37,050 nucleotides of DNA, taken from assembly GCA_902783965.1 (NCBI GenBank), contig CACZSY010000098.1, positions 1-37,050 on the forward strand, read 5' to 3'. Both the position numbers and the translations under genes were made by a program. The notes under the pieces are model-generated. The model was not told the origin of the DNA and did no database searches. It worked only from the letters and a program-made list of their open reading frames with translations. Positions 26,044-34,454 of this stretch are shown here, one piece after another (position 1 is the first letter of the stretch; each line of letters starts with the position of its first letter). The stretch comes from an uncultured Lachnospiraceae bacterium (GTDB lineage Bacteria; Bacillota; Clostridia; Lachnospirales; Lachnospiraceae).

Positions 26044-28023
26044 TCAGGCACCTTTCACCGTCAGTACCGCTCCCTTGCCCTTCAGCACTCCGTTCTTATA
26101 CGTGTCCACCATCGCGTTCGGCACATAGACTGTTGCCTTTACTCCTTTGAAAGCGTTGGCTCCGACCGTCTCAAGTTTTCTGCTTCCTATAAAGAGTGTC
26201 GTCATCGCGGAATCGTTCTGGAAAGCATACTGTCCGATGGTTGTAAGGTTTGAACCGAGGCTTATATATTTTGCCGCTTTACAGCCGGAAAATGCATATT
26301 CTCCCACAGCTTTCGCTCCCAAAAATCTGATGCGTCCGTCAATTGAACCAACTTTGGTAATCGCAGAACAGTTTCTGAAAACGCTCTTTCCGACATTTGC
26401 CGTTTTTTCACAGCCGGCTACCGTCTCAAGCTTTGTATTTCCGTAAAAGGCGAAATCGCCTATCCCCGTAACTCAGGCGCAGCCCGATACCGTCGTAAGG
26501 CTGGTGTTGCCGCAGAAAGCATATGAGCCTATCGTAGTGCAGCCAGCTCCGATAAACGCTTTGGCGATACCGGTGCAGTTGCTGAACGCTCTGGTTCCTA
26601 TATATTTCAACAAATATGAAGTAGAAAGCGACTTGATACCTTTACATTCATAAAAAGCATAGCCGCCGATCTTCGTACAGGCAGGAAGATTCACTGCTCC
26701 CGGCGTCGTGCTTCCGATACTTCCAAAGCCTGAAGCCCCGCAGAAAGCATACTGTTCGATCAGCGTAACCTTTTTGCAGCCCGCAACTTTTGACAGCTTT
26801 ACGCAGTTTCTGAAAGTATTTATCCCTATTGAAGCAACCCCTGCGCAGCCCGTTACCGATGTAAGATTCTCACAACCGTAAAATGCGTTGGTTCCGATCC
26901 TTGTAACCCCCGCTGAGATATTAATTTCTTTTATCTTAGATCTGTAATTGTACCACGGAGTCCTGCTGGAATATTTATAATCTTCCATATCTCCGGTTCC
27001 GTTGATCATCATTAGACCGTTGCTGTTAAGCGACCATTTAACATTTTCACCGCAATGCCCTGAAATGATATGAACGCCCGGATCTGCCTTAACAGTAATA
27101 CTGCATTTTACCGTATGTCCGTCCGCTGTCTTTGCCGTAAGAGTTGCGACACCCGCATTATGCGCAGTCACTCTTCCATTCTCAACCGTTAAAACTGTCT
27201 CATCCGAAGACGACCAGATTATTTTGTCAAGGTAAATGACAGAAGATTCATTTCCGTCATAGTTTATTCTAAGCCATACCCTGTAGTCTCCTGCCGTGCC
27301 CTGAAGCATTGTATTGCTCTGGGATTTTTCAGGCGCCAGACTGTAGCCGGTTATCTTTCTTTTATCTATCTGCACCTTGACAATACGTGCATTTGTAGAC
27401 TTATCATATGGTTTATTATTTTTCTTATCATCATATGCAAATCTTCCGCATAAAGTCGATGGGAAAATACCGCATTTCGTGGAGTAAAATCCTCCGAGCC
27501 CGACATACTTGCTGTCAGGATCGATTATCATGGTGTAATGCCCCGTCGCTAATCCTGTCTTATTGACCCAGTCCTTTTTTTCTCTGTAAAACTGGTTGAT
27601 ACCTTCCACCAGATCCTCGGAATAATTCCATGTCAGTATCTCTCCTGTCAGGTATTCATTCTCTACACCAAGCGAGAAACAGCTCTCCCCATTCGGTCTT
27701 GTATGGGAAAGCGTAAGTGATGCTTCAGCCGCACGCATCCTGGCCATTTCTTCAAGCTCATCAGACCATTTGAGAGGTACATAATCTGCAATCGTAAGCT
27801 TCCTGTTCGGATTTCTGGGATCTGCAACTCCCTCCCTGCAGGCTTCCTTTCTGATCTCATTTAATCTGGCCAGAGCTTCCTCCTGCCCAACAAAATAATT
27901 ACCAGTAACTCCGACAGTCATGATATAAGAGTTTCCTGCCTGTGCATTATTATTACCCATTAAGACAGCGATCATGATAACCGCTGCAATTGCTGACAGC
28001 CCGATCTTTTTCAGTAGTTTCAT
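26044..28023 (-). pseudogene. CAP (SCP/PR-1) + Big_2 + BspA-type leucine-rich-repeat secreted protein, interrupted by one in-frame TGA at 26473-26475
   Basis: Signal peptide from ATG 28023 (MKLLKKIGLSAIAAVIMIAVLMG). Big_2-like segment (SSSDETVLTVENGRVTAHNAGVATLTAKTADGHTVKCSITV). LRR units of the type IG..AF..C..L..V continue in the same frame across the TGA: ...TTVSGCA*VTGIGDFAFYGNTKLETVAGC.... Confidence 0.65.
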
Positions 28024-28226
28024 GTGATCACTTTTCCTTTCATTAACTAAACATTTGAACTTAAACAATTCAAAAATTCTTACTGTATTCCTGCAGTGCC
28101 GCATTGTGGAATCTAAATTACGATTAAAAATCACGCAATCTCCTAATTATAATTTAAAGCTCTCTAAATACCCGTGTCAACACATTTTTCCATAAAATGT
28201 AATTCTATCTTTCCTCACAAAACCTC

Positions 28227-28255
28227 TTGACATAGTTTTCAAAACTACATATAAT
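28227..28255 (+). promoter_or_regulatory. Perfect consensus sigma-70 promoter upstream of degV
   Basis: TTGACA (28227-28232), exactly 17 nt, TATAAT (28250-28255). It lies about 300 nt upstream of the degV start. Confidence 0.7.
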
Positions 28256-28271
28256 CTGATAGAAGCAGTGA

Positions 28272-28323
28272 GCAGCATTATAAATGCATACCGTGCTTGC
28301 ACGAGTATGCATTTATAATCTGC
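28272..28323 (+). other. Long near-perfect hairpin/palindrome in the degV leader
   Basis: GCAG, C bulge, ATTATAAATGCATAC, CGTGC, TT, GCACG, A bulge, GTATGCATTTATAAT, CTGC. About 24 bp with two single-nt bulges. Confidence 0.8.
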
Positions 28324-28374
28324 GAACGCCAAAACATGAGGATGGAGCAGCGCGAAGCGGTGCGGGAATCCGAA

Positions 28375-28545
28375 TGTTTTGAGCACGGTGAGAGCGAAGC
28401 GGAGCCGTGCGGTGCTTCTATCAGAGGAAGAGCACGGTGAGAGCGAAGCGCAGCCGTGCGGTGCTTCTATCAGAGGAACCTAGTGCCCTGTTGTTTTGAG
28501 CACGGTGAGAGCGAAGCGGAGCCGTGCGGTGCTTCTATCAGAGGA
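28375..28545 (+). repeat. Three copies of a 48 nt module, GAGCACGGTGAGAGCGAAGCGGAGCCGTGCGGTGCTTCTATCAGAGGA
   Basis: Copies at 28381-28428, 28430-28477 (one mismatch) and 28498-28545 (identical to copy 1). TGTTTT precedes copies 1 and 3. A degenerate partial copy lies at about 28343-28374. Confidence 0.9.
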
Positions 28546-28561
28546 GAAAGGATCGTTTTTT

Positions 28562-29464
28562 ATGTTTCAAATAGTTGTTGATTCAGCTGCCAATATTCCT
28601 GCCGAAACTGTAAAGGAATATAATATCCAGGTCATTTCTTTTATCAATTACGTAGACGGTAAGCCTCTTGTCTGCTTTGATCCGGATCTTACTCCGGAAC
28701 AGGAGCGTGAAAAAGGCAATGAATACTATAAATCCGTAGCTGCCGGTCACGATATCAAGACAGGTCTTGTAAGCAGCGGCGAATTTGAAGATGCTTTTAA
28801 GAAAATACTGGACAAAGGCGAAGATATCTTATATATATCTCTCAGTAAGAATATAAGCGGCACATTCAATTCTGCAAGGGTTGCAAGCGAAGACCTTCTT
28901 ACCGGAGCATATAAGGATAAAGGAAGAAAGATACTTTTATTAGATTCCCTGAACGCTTCTCTGGCTCAGGGTATAATCGCGATATATGCAAGCGAGATGC
29001 GGGCGCAGGGACTCAGTATCGATGAAGTCTACGAAAAGCTCCAATCATATCCGGCACGCATGAACGGAGTATTTACCGTCGGAGATCTGAAATACCTATC
29101 AAAAACCGGACGTATCTCATCATCCACTGCGCTTGTCGGCAACCTGTTAAGCGTAAAGCCTATACTCCGCGGAAATAAAGACGGCTATATTGTCCAGTTT
29201 AAAAAATGTCACGGAAGAAAGTCTGCTCTTAAAGAACTCATCAACCTTGTCTGCAACAACGTCGAAGATCCTGAGAACCAGATCCTCGGAATCGCACATG
29301 CAGCCTGCTATGAGGAATCTCTCTATATTATGGAAGAGATAACCAAAAGGATCAAATGCCGTCGTTTCATTAATACTTCATATGATTACTGCACCGGATC
29401 GCATGTAGGTCCGGATACCATAGCTCTTTTCTTTATGGGAAAAGACAGAGAATTATCAAACTGA
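28562..29464 (+). CDS. DegV-family fatty-acid-binding protein (FakB-like)
   Basis: MFQIVVDSAANIPAE is a typical DegV N-terminus. About 300 aa with the SLSKNISGTFNSA motif. The ORF-track start (TTG 28496) reads through repeat copy 3 and is unlikely. Confidence 0.85.
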   Translation: MFQIVVDSAANIPAETVKEYNIQVISFINYVDGKPLVCFDPDLTPEQEREKGNEYYKSVAAGHDIKTGLVSSGEFEDAFKKILDKGEDILYISLSKNISGTFNSARVASEDLLTGAYKDKGRKILLLDSLNASLAQGIIAIYASEMRAQGLSIDEVYEKLQSYPARMNGVFTVGDLKYLSKTGRISSSTALVGNLLSVKPILRGNKDGYIVQFKKCHGRKSALKELINLVCNNVEDPENQILGIAHAACYEESLYIMEEITKRIKCRRFINTSYDYCTGSHVGPDTIALFFMGKDRELSN

Positions 29465-29473
29465 CATGATCAA

Positions 29474-29501
29474 ACAGGGGGCTTTTACGCCCCCTGTTTT
29501 C
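29474..29501. terminator. Bidirectional terminator between degV and the GH13 gene
   Basis: AAACAGGGGGC, TTTTAC, GCCCCCTGTTTT. Confidence 0.8.
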
Positions 29502-29530
29502 CTGTATCATTTATTGTTTCTGAAACTCTT

Positions 29531-31147
29531 TTATCTGAAACTCTTTACCCAGTTCACCAGTGAACCGTGATGGTTATTGTCAAGCACCGACCTTCTCATC
29601 TGATCTGTGACAGGACCGTTATGAGCCATTTTATCAAGAATAGTAAGCTGAAGCTCTTCAACGGTCATCTCTTCAAAAGAGATTCCCGGTCTAACGCTGT
29701 CAGGAAGCTTCGGCTCCTTAACCTCATTTTTCTTTTCTTCTTCCTTTACTTTCTTTTCAACTTCCTTGTAATCTATCGGCTCGTATTTTCCCGAAGCACT
29801 GCTTACCGGAAGCAGGATATCTCCAAAACATCCTTTGATGCAGAAGTTAACGCGTCCGTTATTGCTTACGATCTTTTCACCGGAAATGACTGCCTGATAC
29901 TCTTCCACTCCATCAGCCGGAAGGTCGAACCACGCTTCATTGTCATCATTATTTACGGCAATGATCACATTTTCATTTTCAAGTCTTCTTGAAAACGCGT
30001 ACTGTCTGGTCGTGAGCTTAAGCTCCTTATATCCGCCGTAAGACAAAGCCTTTACATCCTGTCTCACTTTTCCAAGGGTTGCTATAACCTTTGTAAGAAC
30101 GTTATTTTCAAGCGCGTCTTTGAAATCGTCAAGGTTAAGGGCAGGCCGAAGAGATGCGTCCGAGCCCCTCTCTTTGCGGCCTTCTATGCCGAATTCCGAA
30201 CCGTAATATATTGAAGGAACTCCGACAAGGGTGTATAGAAGTATGTGCGCCGGAATGAGGTTCGCCTTGTTGTTCATCTTGGTGGCGATCCTTTCCACAT
30301 CATGGTTGTCCACAAAGTTGTAAAGTCTTAAACCTAACGGATTCTGACCCGCCATGTCATAAAGTCTTTTCACTGTATGCGCTATCTCGAAATAATTGTG
30401 GTCGTTATGTCCTGAAAAAAGCGCCTTATGAAGCGTATAATTGGTTACCGCATGAAGAGTGGCGCCGTTAACCCATCTGGTATAATCACCGTGGATCACT
30501 TCACCCATGAGCCAGAAATCAGGTTTTACTTCATTGGCAACTCCTCTCATGGCTTTCATATAATCAAAATCCAGCACATCCGCCGCGTCAAGCCTGATGC
30601 CGTCGATATCAAATTCGGAAACCCAGAATCTGATGATATTGCAGATATAATCCCTTACTTCCGGATTTCTCTGGTTAAGCTTTACAAGAAGATTGAATCC
30701 GCCCCAGTTTTCATAGGAGAATCCATCATTGTATTCGTTGTTGCCCCAGAAATTAACGTTATTATACCAGCCGACATACCTTGAACCTTCTCTATATTTT
30801 TTAATATCCTGAAAAGCGAAGAAATCTCTGCCCGTATGATTGAACACACCGTCGAGGACGACCTTCACTCCCTTTTCGTGACATATTTTTACAAAATTTT
30901 TCAGATCATCATTGGTTCCAAGCCTTGAATCAAGCTTCTTATAATCCGTAGTCTCATAACCATGTCCCACAGACTCAAAAAGCGGTCCTATATAAAGGGC
31001 GTTGCAGCCTATCTCCTTAATGTGATCGATCCATGGGATAAGGGTATTAAGTCTGTGAACCGGCTCGCCATAATCATTTTGCGCCGGAGCTCCCGTAAGT
31101 CCCAATGGGTAAATGTGATAAAAAATCGCTTCATCGTACCAAGCCAT
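29531..31147 (-). CDS. GH13 alpha-amylase-family enzyme, cytoplasmic, with a charged C-terminal extension of about 100 aa
   Basis: GH13 regions DGVFNHTG, GIRLDAADV, LMGEVIHGD and FVDNHDVER. AGGAGG lies 7 nt upstream of the ATG at 31147 (MAWYDEAIFYHIYP). Confidence 0.88.
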   Translation of the reverse strand: MAWYDEAIFYHIYPLGLTGAPAQNDYGEPVHRLNTLIPWIDHIKEIGCNALYIGPLFESVGHGYETTDYKKLDSRLGTNDDLKNFVKICHEKGVKVVLDGVFNHTGRDFFAFQDIKKYREGSRYVGWYNNVNFWGNNEYNDGFSYENWGGFNLLVKLNQRNPEVRDYICNIIRFWVSEFDIDGIRLDAADVLDFDYMKAMRGVANEVKPDFWLMGEVIHGDYTRWVNGATLHAVTNYTLHKALFSGHNDHNYFEIAHTVKRLYDMAGQNPLGLRLYNFVDNHDVERIATKMNNKANLIPAHILLYTLVGVPSIYYGSEFGIEGRKERGSDASLRPALNLDDFKDALENNVLTKVIATLGKVRQDVKALSYGGYKELKLTTRQYAFSRRLENENVIIAVNNDDNEAWFDLPADGVEEYQAVISGEKIVSNNGRVNFCIKGCFGDILLPVSSASGKYEPIDYKEVEKKVKEEEKKNEVKEPKLPDSVRPGISFEEMTVEELQLTILDKMAHNGPVTDQMRRSVLDNNHHGSLVNWVKSFR

Positions 31148-31268
31148 TTTTCTGCCTCCTGTATAATTGTCTTTTAACATTTTTGAACGGTGCGACTTTG
31201 ACCATATAAATCCAACTTTATGATTATACTATACTTTTCATCATAATTCCATGTTTTTCTATTTTTTC

Positions 31269-31751
31269 CTACCTGTTGTCGACCTTCTCCGGATACATAT
31301 CATGATTTAACAATCTGTTCTGGGCCATAGTCTCCCACTTTGTGTCCGGTCTACCGTAATTGCAGTACGGATCTATGGAGATTCCGCCTCTTGGAAGAAA
31401 TTTTCCCGTTACCTCGATATACTTCGGATCCATCAGGGCAATGAGGTCTTTCATGATCATATTGACCACATCCTCATGGAAATCACCATGCTGCCTGAAC
31501 GAGAAAAGATAAAGCTTAAGCGACTTGCTTTCCACCATCTTTTTATCCGGAATATAGGAAATCGTTATCGTCGCGAAATCCGGCTGACCCGTGATCGGAC
31601 ACAGGCTCGTGAATTCAGGACAGTTGAATTTCACAAAATAATCGTTATCCTGATGCTTGTTGATAAATGTCTCAAGCACCGAAGGATCATAATCGGTACT
31701 GTAATTTGTTTTCCTGTTTCCGAGCAATGTAAGGTTTTCGTTCTCTCTCAT
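31269..31751 (-). CDS. queF: NADPH-dependent 7-cyano-7-deazaguanine (preQ0) reductase, unimodular type
   Basis: Catalytic Cys motif [14 protein letters not shown] and the [10 protein letters not shown] motif. 160 aa. Its start overlaps the upstream stop (ATGA). Confidence 0.9.
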   Translation of the reverse strand: MRENENLTLLGNRKTNYSTDYDPSVLETFINKHQDNDYFVKFNCPEFTSLCPITGQPDFATITISYIPDKKMVESKSLKLYLFSFRQHGDFHEDVVNMIMKDLIALMDPKYIEVTGKFLPRGGISIDPYCNYGRPDTKWETMAQNRLLNHDMYPEKVDNR

Positions 31752-32473
31752 ATATTATTCCTCTTTTCTGTTTTCTGATCCTCTGCCGCGCCGTCCCTGT
31801 CAGGCGGCGTGATCTTTCTTGCAAGATATGCGAACGGCGTATCCAGCAGCGCTACAACTGCCTTGAAAGCATAAGTGGTTATCAATATGCTTAAAAACAC
31901 ATTTTTCGGATATGTTCCCCAGAAAGCGATCGTTGTGAAAATGACGGTATCGATCGCCTGACTTGTCAGGGTGCTTCCGTTATTTCTGAGCCAAAGCTTT
32001 GCTCTGCTGTCTCCCGATTTCTTCCATATGTAATGATACATGAAGACATCAATATTCTGGCTTACGATAAATCCTGCAAGGCTTGCTATCGTGATCCTCG
32101 GGACAAGTCCGAACACCGTCTTAAGCGAAGGATCCACGAAGTCATTGGCGTTCGGCGTAAACCAAAGGATGATCTGTGTTCCGAGCAGCCAGAGAAGCAT
32201 TATCGTAAAACTGTATTTTACCGCTTTTGACGCTTCTTTTTTGCCGTATTTTTCAGACAGGATATCGGTTACAAGAAATGTCGAAGCGTAAAGTACGTTT
32301 CCAGCCGTAGTAGAAAAGCTGAACAGATCAACGCATTTACATACAGCGATATTTCCAAGCAGTGTGGCAAATACCGCAAATATGAAAAGTCCATTCTTAC
32401 CGTAAAGCTTATATAGAAGAAGCACACAGCCAAGATACAACAGCACGCTTCCAATAAATAATAATTCGTTCAT
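31748..32473 (-). CDS. Queuosine precursor transporter (YhhQ/DUF165, VUT family)
   Basis: Six-TM protein with the [15 protein letters not shown] motif, placed between queC and queF. Confidence 0.8.
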   Translation of the reverse strand: MNELLFIGSVLLYLGCVLLLYKLYGKNGLFIFAVFATLLGNIAVCKCVDLFSFSTTAGNVLYASTFLVTDILSEKYGKKEASKAVKYSFTIMLLWLLGTQIILWFTPNANDFVDPSLKTVFGLVPRITIASLAGFIVSQNIDVFMYHYIWKKSGDSRAKLWLRNNGSTLTSQAIDTVIFTTIAFWGTYPKNVFLSILITTYAFKAVVALLDTPFAYLARKITPPDRDGAAEDQKTEKRNNI

Positions 32474-32526
32474 CTTCTTTCCTTCCCATTAAAATTCTTT
32501 CTGCTTATTTCAATATATATCTGACA

Positions 32527-33216
32527 TCAGACCTGATCAGCGACTGCGGGATCTTTTATTCCGTTCGCTTCGAACGCCTTCTTTCTGTCTATGCAGGTTC
32601 CGCATTTTCCGCAAGGCCGCACGCCTCCCTCGTAGCAGCTCCATGTCATCTCAAACGGCACTCCGAGTTCGATACCCCGCCTTACTATCTCGGCTTTAGG
32701 CGTATCCACGAACGGCGATTCCACTCTCAGCGCCTTTCCGCTCCCAATATATACAGCCTTCGATATGGCTTCATTAAAATCAACTCCCGTGTCCGGATAG
32801 GCGTTACCCGCGGCGTCATCCGCATGTATGCCGTAATAGATCACCTCACAGCCGTAAGAAAGCGCGACCGAAGCGGCCGAAGATATGAACAATCCATTTC
32901 GAAACGGCACATAAGTATCTACCGGCTTCCCATCCGTTTCCTTAAGCTGATCCGCGTAATCTCCCATGGGGATCTGAGTTTTCGAAGATTCCAGAAGCGA
33001 GCAGCTGCTGTCCTTAAATATCTCTCCAAGGTCAAGGCTCATCCTTTTGACCCCGTAAAATTTCGCTATCTTTTCAGACGCCTCCAGCTCTTTTTTATGT
33101 TTTTGTCCATAATAAATGGAAAGTGCGGCAACCTCTGAAGCTCCATATTCTTTAACCGCCATGGCAAGACAGACCGTGCTGTCAAGACCTCCGCTGAATA
33201 AAACAAGTGCTTTCAT
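32527..33216 (-). CDS. queC: 7-cyano-7-deazaguanine synthase
   Basis: PP-loop LFSGGLDSTVC and C-terminal zinc motif CYEG...CGKCGTC. Confidence 0.9.
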   Translation of the reverse strand: MKALVLFSGGLDSTVCLAMAVKEYGASEVAALSIYYGQKHKKELEASEKIAKFYGVKRMSLDLGEIFKDSSCSLLESSKTQIPMGDYADQLKETDGKPVDTYVPFRNGLFISSAASVALSYGCEVIYYGIHADDAAGNAYPDTGVDFNEAISKAVYIGSGKALRVESPFVDTPKAEIVRRGIELGVPFEMTWSCYEGGVRPCGKCGTCIDRKKAFEANGIKDPAVADQV

Positions 33217-33354
33217 TTAATCGGAATTCCTTTCTGAAAATATTTAAGACCGCCAGGCTCGGGTGCTGTAAACAACATATTTCCTAACGCACGGGTGCGC
33301 ATCCCCACGCAGTGTTTTAATCTATATCATAGTAAACTAATGAGATTTCCTATG
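33217..33354 (-). promoter_or_regulatory. queC operon leader; candidate preQ1-responsive element of undetermined class
   Basis: About 130 nt lie between the comFC terminator and the queC ATG. It contains a GCGUGGG-N8-CCCGUGC hairpin and a GC-rich GAGCCUGGCGG block, and ends in SD AAAGGAA. The call rests on genomic context; I could not match the canonical preQ1-I signature. Confidence 0.3.
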
Positions 33355-33385
33355 ATTAAAAGAAAAGCCCTGCAAAACGCAGGGC
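33355..33385 (-). terminator. Rho-independent terminator of comFC
   Basis: GCCCTGC, GTTTT loop, GCAGGGC, followed by CTTTTCTTTT on the minus strand. Confidence 0.75.
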
Positions 33386-33574
33386 ATAATTATCCTATCT
33401 TTAGTCCTGGTTTTGTTTAACGACAGGATGGTACAAACGAACTGTCGGTGTGAATGCTATTATATCCACAATATTAATGGCTGTCAATATCAGTCTTGCC
33501 AACATTTGCAACCTTTTTACATCTGCGCTAAACAGAGTATGATCATTCATGCGGTGATCTGTATATTCTTTTCC

Positions 33575-34300
33575 TCAAAACCCTCTTCCTGCCGCAAGCA
33601 CCAGGAAATATACATTTTTTACCCCCGCGCTCTTAAGCAGACGCGAGATATTATCCATGGTGCTCCCTGTGGTATAGATATCATCGATCATCATGATATT
33701 TTCAGGGATTACTGTGCCTTCGGCAGATGTTTTATTCACAGCGAAAGCGTCTTTTAACATCTTCGCCCTGTCTTTATCCGAAAGCTCCTTAAGCGGAACC
33801 GTGTTCTTTACCCTTATGACGAAATTATCCAAAACCCTTATCCCCGTCAGCTTTCCAAGCTCTCGCGCGATCAGCCCCGCCTGATTGTATCCGCGGTTTT
33901 TCAACCTGTTCTCATGTATCGGAACAGGAACAAACGCTTCTATATCAAGGGCCTCTATTTCTTTTGAAAAGCGTCTCTTAAGCATCACGGCATAAACTTT
34001 CGCATACTCCGCCCTGCCGTGATATTTAAAAAAAGCTATGGAGTTTCTAAGCCTATCATTGTATTCCCACAACGCGAAGCCTCTCTCATAGCTGTGATCT
34101 TTTTTTATGCAGTCATTACAGACGACTGCATTTTCATTATTCAGTTTTTTCCCGCACTTATAACAGGCAGGCTGTCCGATGCACTTAAACACACCGGCGC
34201 AGCCTGCGCAAAACATTTCATCATCGCGTGACAGCAAACCGTCACAGCCCGGACATCTTCCGGGATAAAGAATATCTATCGCCCTGTATTTTATTTTCAT
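33575..34300 (-). CDS. comFC: ComF-family protein (ComFC-like phosphoribosyltransferase-fold protein with N-terminal zinc ribbons)
   Basis: Four Cys pairs (CPGC, CAGC, CYKCG, CNDC) and the PRTase motif MMIDDIYTTGST. The ATG at 34300 is preferred because GAGGGAAAA lies upstream. The ORF track starts at TTG 34318. Confidence 0.8.
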   Translation of the reverse strand: MKIKYRAIDILYPGRCPGCDGLLSRDDEMFCAGCAGVFKCIGQPACYKCGKKLNNENAVVCNDCIKKDHSYERGFALWEYNDRLRNSIAFFKYHGRAEYAKVYAVMLKRRFSKEIEALDIEAFVPVPIHENRLKNRGYNQAGLIARELGKLTGIRVLDNFVIRVKNTVPLKELSDKDRAKMLKDAFAVNKTSAEGTVIPENIMMIDDIYTTGSTMDNISRLLKSAGVKNVYFLVLAAGRGF

Positions 34301-34454
34301 ATACCCATTTTCCCTCAAAATACTAATTCAAGAACACCGCGGGTATTCCTGCCGCGCCGCTTCCCGAAAAACACAGTGCTGATCTCCGCAGAACGCGGCG
34401 GCGATCCGACAAAGTCTTTTTACACCAGCTTCGATTAAATAAAAATTTTTCTTT

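Noticed and set aside
26473-26475. In-frame TGA read as selenocysteine or as a reassigned codon (genetic code 4 or 25)
   Set aside because: TGA clearly terminates other genes here: the MalF-like permease at 6998-7000 and the solute-binding protein at 8446-8448. I see no SECIS-like hairpin directly downstream. A secreted LRR repeat is not a plausible selenoprotein context. A nonsense mutation or a sequencing error is more likely.
28336-28440. 34-codon ORF (MRMEQREAVRESECFEHGESEAEPCGASIRGRAR) reading through repeat module 1, considered as a Cys-containing leader peptide or RiPP-like precursor
   Set aside because: No Shine-Dalgarno sequence precedes the ATG. The three modules fall in different frames and are broken by stops. 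Module identity is maintained at the nucleotide level, including non-coding flanks. An RNA- or DNA-level function is more plausible.
28375-28545. Possible CRISPR array, given the three near-identical direct repeats
   Set aside because: The repeats are 48 nt and separated by only 1 nt and 20 nt, so there are no spacer-sized unique segments. There are only three copies and no cas genes in the window. The array sits between a promoter and the degV start codon. It is a tandem or modular repeat, not CRISPR.
28496-28561. ORF-track start of degV at TTG 28496, which adds 22 N-terminal residues
   Set aside because: The extension is a translation of repeat module 3. The ATG at 28562 gives the canonical DegV N-terminus (MFQIVVDSAAN) and is preceded by AGGAGAAAGGA.
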